This document shows positions 25,691 through 38,115 of a DNA stretch of 63,589 nucleotides, piece by piece. The translations under genes and the position numbers were made by a program. Numbering within the stretch: the first letter of the stretch is position 1; each line of letters opens with the position of its first letter. Under the pieces are notes generated by a model, which saw only the letters and a list, made by a program, of their open reading frames with translations, ran no database searches and was not told the DNA's origin. The DNA comes from Octopus bimaculoides (lineage: Eukaryota), in the NCBI RefSeq assembly GCF_001194135.2, contig NC_069007.1:22013094-22076682 (forward strand). Reading direction: 5' to 3'.

Positions 25691-27940
25691 CACACGATGG
25701 GCTTCAACCAAGTTCACTTGCCCAAGGTGCCGCATGGTGGAACTGAACCCAAAACCACTTGGTTCGGAAGCAAGACTCTCTCATACCTGCACCTTAGCCA
25801 CACCTGTATCTGTCTTTACCATGTGTCTACATTAACACCCATCTCACTTGCAGACACTAATTAACGTGTTTTAATTGATAGCTTCCTCTGTCTGCTTATT
25901 CACAAAAATCCTTCTACTTTTCTTTAGTCCTTATTTCTAGGATCTGCTCCAACAGTTAGACTAACCCTGTGTCTAGCTGGTCCTCAACCCTAAACCAAAA
26001 CATGTTATCCGTGAACTGTCAATGTACTAATAAAAACCAGGCTTGTTTCCCCGCTACATTCCATAATTAATTTTCATTAATTAAAATGTTGTGGATGTCA
26101 TCTTCTTTTTCAGGGGTAAGGAGATAGAATTAGTCTTTCAGGAAATGAGTGCTCTCATCATTAAGGGTATAATTTTAATTAAAAAATTCCAGGTGTGGCC
26201 ATGTGGCTAAGAAGCTTGCTTCCCAACTGTGTGTTCATGGGTTCAGTCCCACTGCATGGCACATTGGGCACGTGTCTTTTGCTATAGCCTCGAGCCAACC
26301 AAAGCTTTGTGAGTGGATTTGGTGGATGGGAACTGAGAGAAGCCCTGTGGACTGAACCTGGAATCATATGGTTGGGAAGAAAACTTCATACCACAACCCT
26401 ATCAACTCAACAAATTTTCATTTCAGGTCACATTTCCATGGTACAACCTTTGTGAACCTCCAGGGATCTGCAGCCCCCAGGTTTGGGAATCACTGTTTTA
26501 AGGGGTTACATATAGCCCCAATAAAGAAGGCAGTAGCCAGAAATGATAATTGGCAACTTTATATATGAAGGGTTAGGGGTTAGTAGACCTGAGGAAGGGC
26601 TGACTTACAGCAAAAGGACTGTACCCATTAGCCTTTACATGGGCGCTTAAGGTGCTAGAAATAATAGTCAGATCTCCCTCAAATTAAATTTTAGCATCTC
26701 AAAACAAAGAGGGGAAAAAGGACTACGTTACATAATGTAGGTTTAAATGGTGAATGTCTGAAAGGAAATAAGGTGTGGGGGTCATTGTTGGAATGTCTTT
26801 GATGATGTTTCCTCCATAATCTAGTGACTGACTAGTGATTCAACAAAAGTAACAATGACAATATTACGCACACATTGTATACAACATGACTTTCTGAATA
26901 CAATAACGATTTACACAATACATTAGAGAGGGGGGGTGGGGGAACAAAACAAAATAACAATAGAAAGATCTCCATTAACAACTGACAAAAATGTAATTTG
27001 AAGCGCAATAGGTGAATGGCAGACTTGGCAGAGCACCGGTAAAAATGCCATCTGCTATTTGATTATGTCCTCTTATATTCTGGGTTCAAATCTCATTGAA
27101 GTCGGTTTTACCTTTTTCTATATACAACCCTGTAGAAACTTTGCCAGATCAGATTGGAGCCTCGTGCAAGTTTCTGGTTTGCCAGCCCTCAGTCAAACTG
27201 TCCAACCCATGCCAGCATGGAAAGCTGGCGTTAAACGACAATTATGATATGATGAAACCTGTGTGCCTATTTTTTTTTCTTCTTTTTTGAGGAAGGCATG
27301 AATATCATGTGATTCCCTTATCCTGTTCTTGTGTCAGATAAAGGCGCTATCTTCTATCCCTACCCCAAGTACCACTACTACACTCCTTGGCTGACAGACT
27401 ATGAGGGGGTGCTGAAAAGTTACTGGCTTTAAGGGTATTGCAAAAGTTGAAGGTCCTTTATAGGGCATAGAAAAACTGAAGGACCACTGCAAATAAGTGT
27501 GTGAATCCGAGAGGGGAATATGTTGTGGCTAAATATTACCTTATTTGGAAACAGGTGAGGGTTGGTGATAGGAAGGGCATTCAACTAAAGAAAATAGGCC
27601 CCAACAAAATTTTGTCGGACACATGCAAGCATGGAAAAGTAGACATTATAATAATCATGATACGTACATGACAGGCTTCCATACAGTTTCTCTCTACTAA
27701 ATCTAAATTCACTCAAACAGCATTGGTTGGTGCCAGGCTGCGATAGAAAAAAAAAAAACTTGCCCATGGTGTGCCATGCAGTGGGTTTGAACCCAGAACT
27801 ATGTGGTTGTGAAGCAAGCTTTTTAACCACATAGCCATGCTGTGCTTGTGAAATTCCTTAATCTATTAAAAAATGTTAAATATATTTTTAATTTTTGTTA
27901 TCAGCAACTTATTGCTGACATCTCTTACTAATGGTTTTTA

Positions 27941-28034
27941 CCATGTGGTACCTGCTTGGCATTGTGTGTGTGTGTGTGTTTATCCATGTGGTACCTGCTT
28001 GGCATTGTGTGTGTGTGTGTGTGTTTATCCATGT
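27941..28034. repeat. ~43-45-bp tandem duplication containing (TG)n
   Basis: ccatgtggtacctgcttggcattgtg(tg)n tttat twice; ccatgt recurs at 27941, 27984, 28029. Confidence 0.85.
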
Positions 28035-28571
28035 TATTTGTTATCAAAGAATATCTTACTTTGGATGGGTGTTTTTTTCATGTGGATATGATTAATGAAA
28101 TTAGAAATTCCTTTGGTCTGATATTTAGAAATGTGAATTTATTATGCCCAGGTATGGCTGTGTGNNNNNNNNNNNNNNNNNNNNNNNNNNNNNNNNNNNN
28201 NNNNNNNNNNNNNNNNNNNNNNNNNNNNNNNNNNNNNNNNNNNNNNNNNNNNNNNNNNNNNNNNNNNNNNNNNNNNNNNNNNNNNNNNNNNNNNNNNNNN
28301 NNNNNNNNNNNNNNNNNNNNNNNNNNNNNNNNNNNNNNNNNNNNNNNNNNNNNNNNNNNNNNNNNNNNNNNNNNNNNNNNNNNNNNNNNNNNNNNNNNNN
28401 NNNNNNNNNNNCTGTGTGGTCTTGGGTTCCGTCCCATTGTGCAGCATCTTGGACGTGGATCTTCTGCTATAGCCCCAGCTCGACCAAGGCCTTATGAGTG
28501 AACTTGGTTGATGGAAATTGAAAGAAGCCTATCGTATGTATGTTGTGGGGGTTGGGGGAAGGTGCATGGCT

Positions 28572-28619
28572 TAGACGGGCTAATGGCGTAGACGGGCTAA
28601 TGGCGTAGACGGGCTAATG
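28572..28619. repeat. 17-bp tandem repeat x2.8
   Basis: tagacgggctaatggcg at 28572, 28589 and partially at 28606. Confidence 0.9.
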
Positions 28620-29879
28620 CACCTTGTTCTAAGGGGGCAAGCTGGCAGAAACAGCGTGCAGGGCACAATGCTTTCCGGTATTTCGTCTGCCTTTACGTTC
28701 TGAGTTCAAATTCCGCCGAGGTAGATAAATTAAGTACCAGTTACGTACTGGGGTCGATCTAATCGACTAGCCCCCTTCCCCAAAATTTCAAGCCTTGTGC
28801 CTAAAGTAGAAAAGAATATATATACACACATGTTCGACAAGCTTCATATACATATATTGACTCCCAAGGCTTTTGATGGCTCAGGGCTATAATAAAAAAC
28901 ACTTGCCTAAGGATCCTAAAAATGAGACTAGACACTAAGACCCCGTGGTTGTGAAGCTGCGCCTGTAGACTTGGTACTGTCACATGTCTATGAGCACCAG
29001 ATCTGGCTGATGACAATCAAGTCACACTTTGTAATCAAAAGGATCATCTTATGAAACACTCCTTTCGTAACTTATGGTGTTTTTGTGTTTGTTTATTTGT
29101 TGTTGTCGTTGCTTACTAGTCTCCTAGTATTTTACCATGCAATTCAACAAATCACGAATATATGTAGAGCATGAAGAGATAGTCGAAAGGATCATTGTAA
29201 CAACCATGTAAGGAATTTCTTGTTGGTATCTTGTAACTGTGTCTCAGTAGTTTTAGATTAGTCTCTCTCTATATATTTTTTAAATTTTCACTCCCCCCCC
29301 CCACCGTACAAAAAAGAATTGGGGCAAATATTCAAGCAATCAGAAATGAATCCATTTTTACGATGAGTAATTTAGTCCTTTGTAATTAATGATTGCACCA
29401 ACATTATTTTCATTTAAACTTTCTTTTTCTGATGTTTTTTTTTTTTTTTTTGTCATTAGACTTTATCCATGTTGGGGCACCATATTCAATGGCTTTAGAT
29501 CAGGATTCTTGGCCTACACCCAGTTCGATCACATCGTGAGGAAGCTTGACCAAGTGTCTTCCACTATATGTCTGGGCTGACCAGAGCCTTGTGAGTAGAT
29601 TTAATAGATGGAATCTTGTGTGTGTGTATGACACAAATAATGGGTGCAGGTGTAGCCGTGTGGTAAGAAGCTTGCTTCTCAACCACATGGTTCTGGGTTC
29701 AGTCCCACTACGTGATAACTAGAACCAGTGTCCTCTACTACAGCCGCAGGCCATCCATAGTCTTCTGAATGGATTTGGTTGATGACAACTGAAACAAGTC
29801 CATAGTATCACTCACACACACGCGCGAGGATAAGTTAGAAAGCAATGCAAAAATTGTATTACTTTCTAACTCGTCTTCA

Positions 29880-29919
<40 letters not shown>

Positions 29920-30009
29920 TGTGTAAGTGAGTGGACAAACGAAAAATCATTTAATTACAGATTCGACTCCATGCAGTTTAGTTTTGTACGCTCGTCAAAC
30001 GAATCTAAT

Positions 30010-30163
30010 CACTAGCGTAGATAGAGTATGTGCCGCCCGGGGGCTTCCCTTCCGTTTTCCGCCCCCGCACCTTACAAAAAACACATTGCCTACAGCAGAC
30101 CCAAAAGTGGTGCCCCTTTAAAAGTGCCGCCCGGGCCGGACCCCCACACCAGCTACGCTAGTG
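30010..30163. mobile_element. GC-rich MITE with 11-bp TIRs
   Basis: CACTAGCGTAG (30010-30020) and CTACGCTAGTG (30153-30163) are perfect inverted repeats; internal GTGCCGCCCGGG occurs twice; no clear TSD. Confidence 0.6.
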
Positions 30164-31099
30164 AACCTAACCCTTCAGATTTATAGATTTAGTAGCATGG
30201 AACCGAATCAAACTTGTTAGATGTGTGCGTATATATATATATATATATATATAATGTGTGTCTGGTCATACGTAAGTCTGTTCAATCAAGCCTGACCTAG
30301 GGAGTTCAACGGTCAGCACAACTACACACAACCGTCGTTACAAAACAATCCAATTGTTATAATTACAAGTTTCCACTGCTAAATACTGCTGATAGGAAAT
30401 CTTGCTACTGTAACTATTGTTGTTGTTGTTACCATGTGACAGACGTTGCTGCAAGGCCATACGCCGTCCTCACCCCGCCACCGTCGACGACACGAAATAT
30501 TCCAAAAATTGCCATCAGATCCAACTGCCATTCACCTCCCTCTCCCACTCCTCCATTTTCTCATTCGGATCTCTCTGTCACTCTCTCTCTCTCCCTCCCC
30601 TTCCGACCTCTCTCTCTGTTTCTTTAACATCCCCTTTCCGCTTAAATTTGATGACTAATTGTCAAATTATCCTCTTTTCTATATTCAGAATATTTTAATG
30701 CGAGCTATGTCGTGTATTTGCCTTATGTTTATCTATATCTTATATATGTTTTCCACACACATATATATATATATAGATAGGTGTATATTATATATGTATG
30801 TGTGTACAAATATATGCATTTTGGGGGGTGGATTACATACATGTTTGTCAGATAAATTCGTTCGTATTTTTTTTCTTCTTCTGGCACTTGGCAATCAATC
30901 CATCGTCATATGTTTGGAAACGAGGAAAATAAATTTATTCAAATTTCAAAAAGAAAAAAAAGACACGATAAACAAAAGTTGCAAAAGAATTAAGATACAT
31001 AAAAAAGAAATGCCATCATACAGATAAAAAAAACCCACCTCTTTTACTGTGTTGAGTATTTTCTCACGTGTGTGTGTGTGTGCAGTTATTTTCAAATTA

Positions 31100-31300
31100 A
31101 GCGGAGGAGGGAATGAAGTGACCGCCCGCCCTACTTGAGCATTTTTTGGCGCCAATTTCGTAGTAAAGGGGGGTTTAGGGGGAAAAAACTATGGTGTTTA
31201 CAGACGCGATGTTATAGTTATAATCCCCGATCCCGCCTTCTTCGAGCAACTTTAAGATCAAAGGCGTAAAAGCTATCACCGTTCCATGTTTTTTAGGAAT
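31100..31300. promoter_or_regulatory. Candidate intronic cis-regulatory cluster (GC box, E2F-like palindrome, TCF/LEF site) in a CpG-enriched island
   Basis: CCGCCCGCCC 31122-31131, TTGGCGCCAA 31146-31155, AGATCAAAGG 31255-31264; motif matches only, no functional data. Confidence 0.35.
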
Positions 31301-32743
31301 AGTTCACCCATGGACGACATAATGTATCTTTTTTAAAGTGCTTAAAAGGGGCGAGTTGGCTGTCGTTTTTGAAAGTGATGGAGCGACTGTGTGGAGAGTC
31401 AGCCGTTTGTTGGCTGGCGGCGGATGTAGAGTGCGTGTTCCGAGTGTTGATCATACGATTAGGATGTTTGTGGGTGAGGGTGTGGGTGGAGAGTACAACA
31501 TTCGGTTAGAAAACTATCACATCATCCCTCCCCCCCTCTCTCTCTCTCTCTCCGGGGGAATGTCAAATAATTGTGAAAGTGAATTCTCTCCCTCCATCTT
31601 AGATTAAAGTCGGAGACAGCAGCACTGCCTTCAATATACCGGAGAAAATTTCAGTTATATAAATTATATTATATTGAATTGTTATATTACATTGTTATAT
31701 ATATTCTATACACACACACATACACATATATCATTTTTTTTAAATCTAGTTTCAGCTCATAAGCTGTGGCCATAAAATAACTACCAGTTGAGTACTGGGG
31801 TTGATGTAATTGACTAGTCCCCTCCCCAGAAATTTCAAGCCTTGCGCCTATACTAGAAAGGATTATCATTATTATTATTATTATTATTATTATTAATACA
31901 GCCCATGACTGTGATCTCAAATGCTACCTTTGCATGTCCTAGTGGTTAGGGTGTTGGACTCACAATCGTGAGATCATGGTTTCAAATCCCAGACAGGGTG
32001 GTATATTATGTTCTTGAGCAGACCACTTCATCTCGCATTCCTCTGCAATCATTTTGACATCTGACATGCGGCACACCTGTGCACCTGTACAGGTAATGTC
32101 AATTTGATGGAGAGAGTGAGCTCATGTATAACACATACATTTGATCACTATAAACAAAATCCTTGTGCAAGTTGTTCATAAAAAGCTGAGCACTTATACG
32201 TTGTCTTTGACAGGAGAGTCCATCCATTATTATTATCATTATTATTGTTATTGAGTGAGAGAGCAGTGCATTCCATCAAAGTGACCCTGGGGTACAATTA
32301 TATGAAGCCCTGTATACCCATCGTGATTGCCTGTGTGATAGAGGTACACCAGGCACATGCCTCACAACCGTATGTGCGCAACATGGTAACCTCATATCAA
32401 GATAAACACCTCATGACTTTGCAGGTGGGGCCCAGTTAGAATTTTCTTCAGGTTGAGTAGCTCATCCCACTCAAAATGTCCCTGAACAAGATTTGTTTTA
32501 AGGATGATGACCAAAACACCTGTTTTCAGAGGTGAATTATTTAGACCCCAAAATAATTCCTTCCAACACATGGCTATGATGCTCCCCCAATACTTCTGAT
32601 CGTGATCAGAGATGCGTATATCGTCAGCCACTAAGGGCTGATTAAGGTCAAACAACTGACAAGCAAATCTGGTATTGAGCAGAATATTTGCTGCAACCCA
32701 TCTTTTTACAGCAAGACAAAGCAATGTACTTATTATTATTACG

Positions 32744-32780
<37 letters not shown>

Positions 32781-33530
32781 ATGTGATAGTGAATGAATAA
32801 ATAAACCCAGAGTAATCTGTTAGGAGGAAAGGAAAACAAAGAGGAATTCAGTCTGATTCAAAAGAAGAAGGATGGTCAATCACGTAAGATAGCTGACTGA
32901 AGAATAAGATAATTACTTTGTATATTGATATGAAAAGACATTAACCAAGATAAAAAAAAAAAAAGGAAATAAAATTTAAAAAAATTAAATATGCAATTTC
33001 CCAGAGAATAATAAAAGCAGGTCAGTCACTGACCTTTCAACAAATACATTTGAACAATATCCATGACCAGGTCATAAAAGTACTTGTTCTCTATGATTTC
33101 TGTTATGGTCCAATTCAGTGTCTCACAACTCTGGTCCATATCTGATTCTCTTGTAGAAATATAACCAATTTATTGCAGATAAACTTTAACAATACACAAA
33201 ATATTTTAACAATTTCTTATACAATTCCGGGTTCAATCCCACTGCATGGCACCTTATTCAACTGTCTTCCACTCTAGCCTCAGGTTGACCAAAGCCTTGT
33301 GAGTGGATTTGGTAAGTGGAAACTGAAAGAAGCTTGTCATAAATATATAAATATGTGTGTGTGTGTGTAGGTACAGGCACAGGTGTGGTTGTATGGTAAG
33401 AAGTTTGCTTTTCAATCAAAATAATTACAGGTTCAATCCCAATATGTGGCACCTTGTGCAGGTGTCAACCTGGAAACTGTGTGGTTGGGAAGCAAACTCC
33501 TTGCACAGCCACACCTGTGTCTTTGATGGT

Positions 33531-33588
33531 TATTTTAATTGTGATAAATATTTTAATTGTGATAAATATTTTAATTGTGATAAATATT
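33531..33588. repeat. 18-bp tandem repeat x3
   Basis: tattttaattgtgataaa at 33531, 33549, 33567. Confidence 0.9.
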
Positions 33589-34198
33589 GCTTCAATTGCA
33601 TATACCAGAATTTTATTCGGTTGGGCAACTGTTTTGCAACGCCAGGGAATATTTTATTCACTGTTGCCTATATTAGAGGCAACAAATTTCATTTAAGCAT
33701 TTGGCATTCATACTGGCCCTTAGTGGGGTTGACTTTTTTATTTCCCTATATTATGCTTTTAGTACAACATAGCCAACAGAGATCTTATATCAGGACAAAT
33801 ACTACAGCAACTGGCCTCTCAACTGTGTCTATATACATCATGTATGAGACGAAGATGGCTGTTTTCATTTAATACTCTCTCAGCTGTGTATGCCAGATTA
33901 GTATAGCGTTTGGTTTTAAGCCATGGAATATTGTTGCCTTTTTCAGCCAAGTTCCATGTTGTCCATTTAGATGATTGGGTTGTTTTGATGCAAGATGATG
34001 TAAGCTGGTTGTTTTAGTATAACGTGTGTGTGTGTGTGTGAGTAAGTATGACATTCTGTTAATATGGCAGTGTGTTATGTGCAAATCACTGAACTTTGAA
34101 TGTGGGAGTTAAATATCTGGCTTTATTTTGAAACAACAGTACACTTTCTGACTTTGTCCTTTCTTTTTGAAATTCTAAACACTGCATGGGTAGGAGTG

Positions 34199-34232
<34 letters not shown>

Positions 34233-34739
34233 TACAAATTCTGACCTTAGTTTATTATTTTTTTTTTTACTATTACATTTACTTATTCCCCCCACACACA
34301 CGCACACACTCGTCTCTCACACTTTGACATTTCTATATGATGTCTCTTTAATTATTTATTTATTGTGTATATACACACACACACAAACACATTCCTCTCT
34401 TTCTTTCTCTCTCTCTCATACACATACATGTGCATACGTGTATGTAATTGGTTTTTTTCCTTTCACTCTACTCTGAACTTCATCATAGTCATCATCGTTA
34501 TCATTCTAAAATCGTTTTTTCTCTCTCTTTTATCTCCATTCTGTATCAGATGTAATCCAACTTGAAGAATCTCCTTTCCCTTTCTCCTTTTTGTTCCTCT
34601 TTTTGTTTCTTTCTTCTCATGCCCTTAATCTGCGCCGGCTGTGGTAACATTGACTTACCTCAGGTATAACCCACATCAGCTGTGTCCCCTCTTCTAATGC
34701 AGCATTTGATCTGTCTTTACCAATTCTACCACCTTGCCA

Positions 34740-35395
34740 CTCGCTCAGAGTGAAAGGTAGACTGTATGAGGCATATGTGTGAACAGCCATGCTACATGGC
34801 AGTGAAACATGGGCTGTGATTGCTGAGGACATGCGTAGGCTTGCAAGGAATGAAGCTAGAATGCTCTGCCGAATTTGTAATGTCAGTGTGCATACACAAC
34901 AGAGTGTAAGCGCCCTGAGAGGAAAGTTGGACTTAAGAAGCATCAGATGTGTGCAAGAGAGACGACTGCGCTGGTTTGGTCAGGTGTTGCGTATAGATGA
35001 GGACAACTGTATGAAAATGTGTCACGCCCTAGAAGTAGAGGGAACCTGTGGAAGAGGTGGACCCAAGAAAACCTGGGATAAGGTGGTGAAGCACGACCTT
35101 CGAACATTGGGCCTCATGGAGGTGAAAACAAGTGGTTGATACCTTTGGAGATATGCTGTGCTGGAAAAGACCCGGCAAGCCAAGTGAGACCATAACCGTG
35201 GCCTATGCCAGTGTCACATAACCAGCCCATTTAAGAATACCCCTTCAATCATCGGGCAGTAAACTGCACTTGCGAAGACTTGTTGAGGCAAGTGAATTTG
35301 TTCTGGCCAATGGCAGTACTGCCTGATTGGCACCCATGCCGGTAGCATGTAAAAAGCACCATTCGAGTGTGGTCAATGCCAGTGCCGCTTGACTG
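34740..35395 (+). mobile_element. RTE-clade LINE, 5'-truncated 3' fragment (ORF C-terminus + 3' UTR)
   Basis: SLRVKGRLYEAYV*TAMLHGSETWAV...RRLRWFGQVLRIDED...GRGGPKKTWDKVVKHDL...WRYAVLEKTRQAK*, with in-frame stops. Confidence 0.92.
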
Positions 35396-35407
35396 TGTTT
35401 TTACTTT

Positions 35408-35580
35408 GGCTGCCGTCAGACTAGCTATACCACTCCTTAGGCTGCCATTGACCTCACTGTGCCTCTCTTTCAGCTGCCATCGGCCTTGCTGTGCCTCTTC
35501 TTCGGCTGTCATTGGCCTCGCTGTGCCTTTCCTTTGGATGCCATCAGCCTCGCTGCACCTCTCTTTCAGCTGCCTCAGTG
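35408..35580. repeat. 32-bp GC-rich minisatellite, about 5.5 degenerate units
   Basis: ctgcc anchor (ctgtc/atgcc variants in two units) at 35410, 35442, 35474, 35506, 35538, 35570; consensus ~ctgccatcggcctcgctgtgcctctctttcag. Confidence 0.85.
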
Positions 35581-35889
35581 TCTCTCCACCCCTCTTCTGG
35601 TTACTTCACTTATAATGTAGACATGCATCTTTCTCAGCTATCATTAACTACCAGTTTTGTGTTGCTGATGCTTACAAAGGCACAACATCCCACCAAACTC
35701 ATCTAACGTTGGCAATGTTAATAATAATTCATTCTAAAATTAGAAAAGGAAAGCCCTATTATGAGTATAACATCAATAAATAATTAGCATATAATTATAA
35801 CTACACACATTCCTATTGTATATAGTGTATTGTTATTTCTGTTTACAGTACCTTGTTCAGCTGTTTTCTCCTTAATATTTATGTTGAAT

Positions 35890-35926
<37 letters not shown>

Positions 35927-36799
35927 CATCCTGCAGAAAGAAAATACTATTTATGCTTCAGAATCTGTTTTGAGATTTGTTCTGCTATTGTTAACAATAA
36001 TATTACTGTTGTAAAAAAACATCTGTTTCAAAAAGTTGTTGTTTTCCCTAACTGCTTACAAACCAAAAGCTAACAAGGTAGCTTCTACCTGGGTACCCAA
36101 CCTGCTAGCAATTGCAACCAAATCATACTCTACCTCTGTCTTGGCATCATCCTTATCGTTGTCGTTTTAACATCAGCTTTTCCGTGCTTGCATGAATTGG
36201 ACAAAATGTGTATATCTTTGTATTTGTTCCCCACTACCATTTGACAACAGGTGCTGGTTTGATGCATCCTCGCAACATAGCAGCTCAGCAAAGAGAGACC
36301 AATAGAATAAGTACCAGGCTTTAATAAAAAGACATAGTGTGCTGGGGTCAATTTGTTTGACTAAACCTTTCAAAACAACAGTGCTCCAGCATGGCCACAG
36401 TTCAGTGACTGAAACACGTAAAAGATAAAAACATTCAAAATAATTGTTTTAATGTCATTTTCCCTTGTACACTCCCAGAAAAAGAGGTTTTGTGCTCTGA
36501 TATCTGAGATATTCAATATTCTGTCAGTCGACTGGTGTTTTGGTGTTAACAAAATTGAAGAATTGTGTCAGGTCTTCTACATAACTCCATTAATAGTCAG
36601 CATCAGATTTTGTTTATTTGTCAGAAATTAGAACGTCTTTCCTTTCTTTCTCTCTCTTGTGACAAACATCACAAGGGAGTATTTTCAGTGAATGTGTGGA
36701 TGGCTGATATCTCACTTTCTATTTTAACAGGAGGTCATTTACCTCATCTTTATTTTCTTTTACCTTCATAGTGAAGGCATGTGGCTTAATGGTCATTCG

Positions 36800-36985
36800 C
36801 AGTTTGTGCCAGTTGCCATCAAGACCTCAGGTGTTCTCGAACCCCACACTGCTAATTTCCTCTATAAAATTGGGAAAACTACAGCCCATCTGAGAAACGG
36901 GCCCTGCAAGTTGGGGACAGCTGCTGCAGTGAGTGTTGCTGGCCATTCTCCGTGGCAACACCATTGCAATCATGTCTGCAGGGCA
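36800..36985 (+). mobile_element. CRE/RLE-type non-LTR retrotransposon C-terminal fragment
   Basis: FVPVAIKTSGVLEPHTANFLYKIGK then (frameshift) QLLQ*VLLAILRGNTIAIM, matching FVPIAVETLGVWG...FLxxLG...LFQRLSxAIQRGNA of restriction-like endonuclease elements. Confidence 0.65.
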
Positions 36986-37453
36986 CAGCTGAACATGGCA
37001 TTTGTTCTGGGGTCTACTCCCCTGCCATCTTTTGCTGCTCACCCCCCTATTTTCTTTTCATTTCCTTGCAATTAAATTGTGACTCAATCCTTTTATAAAT
37101 AAAACTTAAATTGTTTAGAAAAATAATTTATATAGCTGTGTGGTAATTTGCAAATATCTGTGTTGAATGTATTTGTCCTGTAAAACGGCTTTTATTACTA
37201 TTGACTAAAAACGTTTTTAGTAGTTTAGTAGTTTACTTAAGCTGAGCAATGTTTGTTTGAACTGTTTCCAACAATGCTTATTTAAAACCCAACAATATGG
37301 CTGTCAACCATGAAAGACATTAACTTCTCAAAGCCCGAATGGTGTGATTCTTTTCTACTCTGGGCGCAAGACCTGAAATTTGGGGGGAGGGGACCAGTCG
37401 ATTAGATCGACCCCAGTATGCAACTGGTACTTAATTTATCAATCCCAAAAGAT

Positions 37454-38115
37454 ATTCAACAGGACCACACCTCTTTATGAGGCTCTAACAAGGAGTGGCT
37501 TTGGTGATAGGTTAAAGCACATAGAAAATCATACCCAAAAGAGAGTTAGAAAGAAAAAGATAATCTGATTTAATCCTCCAGACAATCTAGATGTCTCCAC
37601 AAATATAAGGTAGCAGTTTCTTGATTCTAACTCACTTTTCCCAAACACCTACAAGTACCACAAACTTTTTGTTGCCCATAACATAAAGATTATCTGTTAA
37701 TGACTAGACAATATTGTGTTCTATCATTGAATGTTACAAAATCCTGTATTTACAGAAACAGCACTGTTTTAAGCTAATAGTACAGAAACCACTTTAACTG
37801 TCCCCTGGGGATTCTGCCTCTCAAAAGCTGTTGTTTCTATAGCCATCTCACTCTCTTCAATGATATTCTAATAATCTATGCCGGCTTAACAGCTAATGAC
37901 TTCAAAAAAAGATTTATGCAACACATGCACTCTTTCAGATACTGGACAGAGAAAACTCTACCAGCTAGCAGTCTTCTTCAGCATTGTCACCATAAAAAAA
38001 AAAATTGCATTGTTAATGAACTTGATTGACTGCTAACACACAAGAAAGATCACCTTAATTCGAGTTGACCTATATGCAGCTGTCGTATAAGATAAGAACT
38101 GCTTGCTCAAAGTAA
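37454..38115 (+). mobile_element. Penelope-like element fossil (RT C-terminal linker + GIY-YIG endonuclease)
   Basis: Broken frames read FNRTTPLYEALTRSGF...KRVRKKKII*FNPPDNLDVSTNI...FPNTYKYHKLF...NCPL(G)-CLSKAVV...IYAGLTANDFKKRFMQHMHSFRY...ENSTSLA...LNSS*PICSCR, matching the PLE order IIWFNPPY, CPLxGxCL, YIGxTxxxFKxRxxxH. Confidence 0.8.

Noticed and set aside
29100-29260. Minus-strand GTAAGC donor as a downstream exon of a nested antisense gene
   Set aside because: All three frames hit stops and the acceptor lacks a pyrimidine tract.
34789-35139. 116-aa ORF resembling a reverse-transcriptase protein
   Set aside because: It is a 5'-truncated RTE fragment with flanking stops, not a host gene or an intact active LINE.
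35408-35580. Regularly spaced 32-bp repeats as a possible CRISPR array
   Set aside because: Units are contiguous with no unique spacers, there are no cas genes, and the context is eukaryotic.
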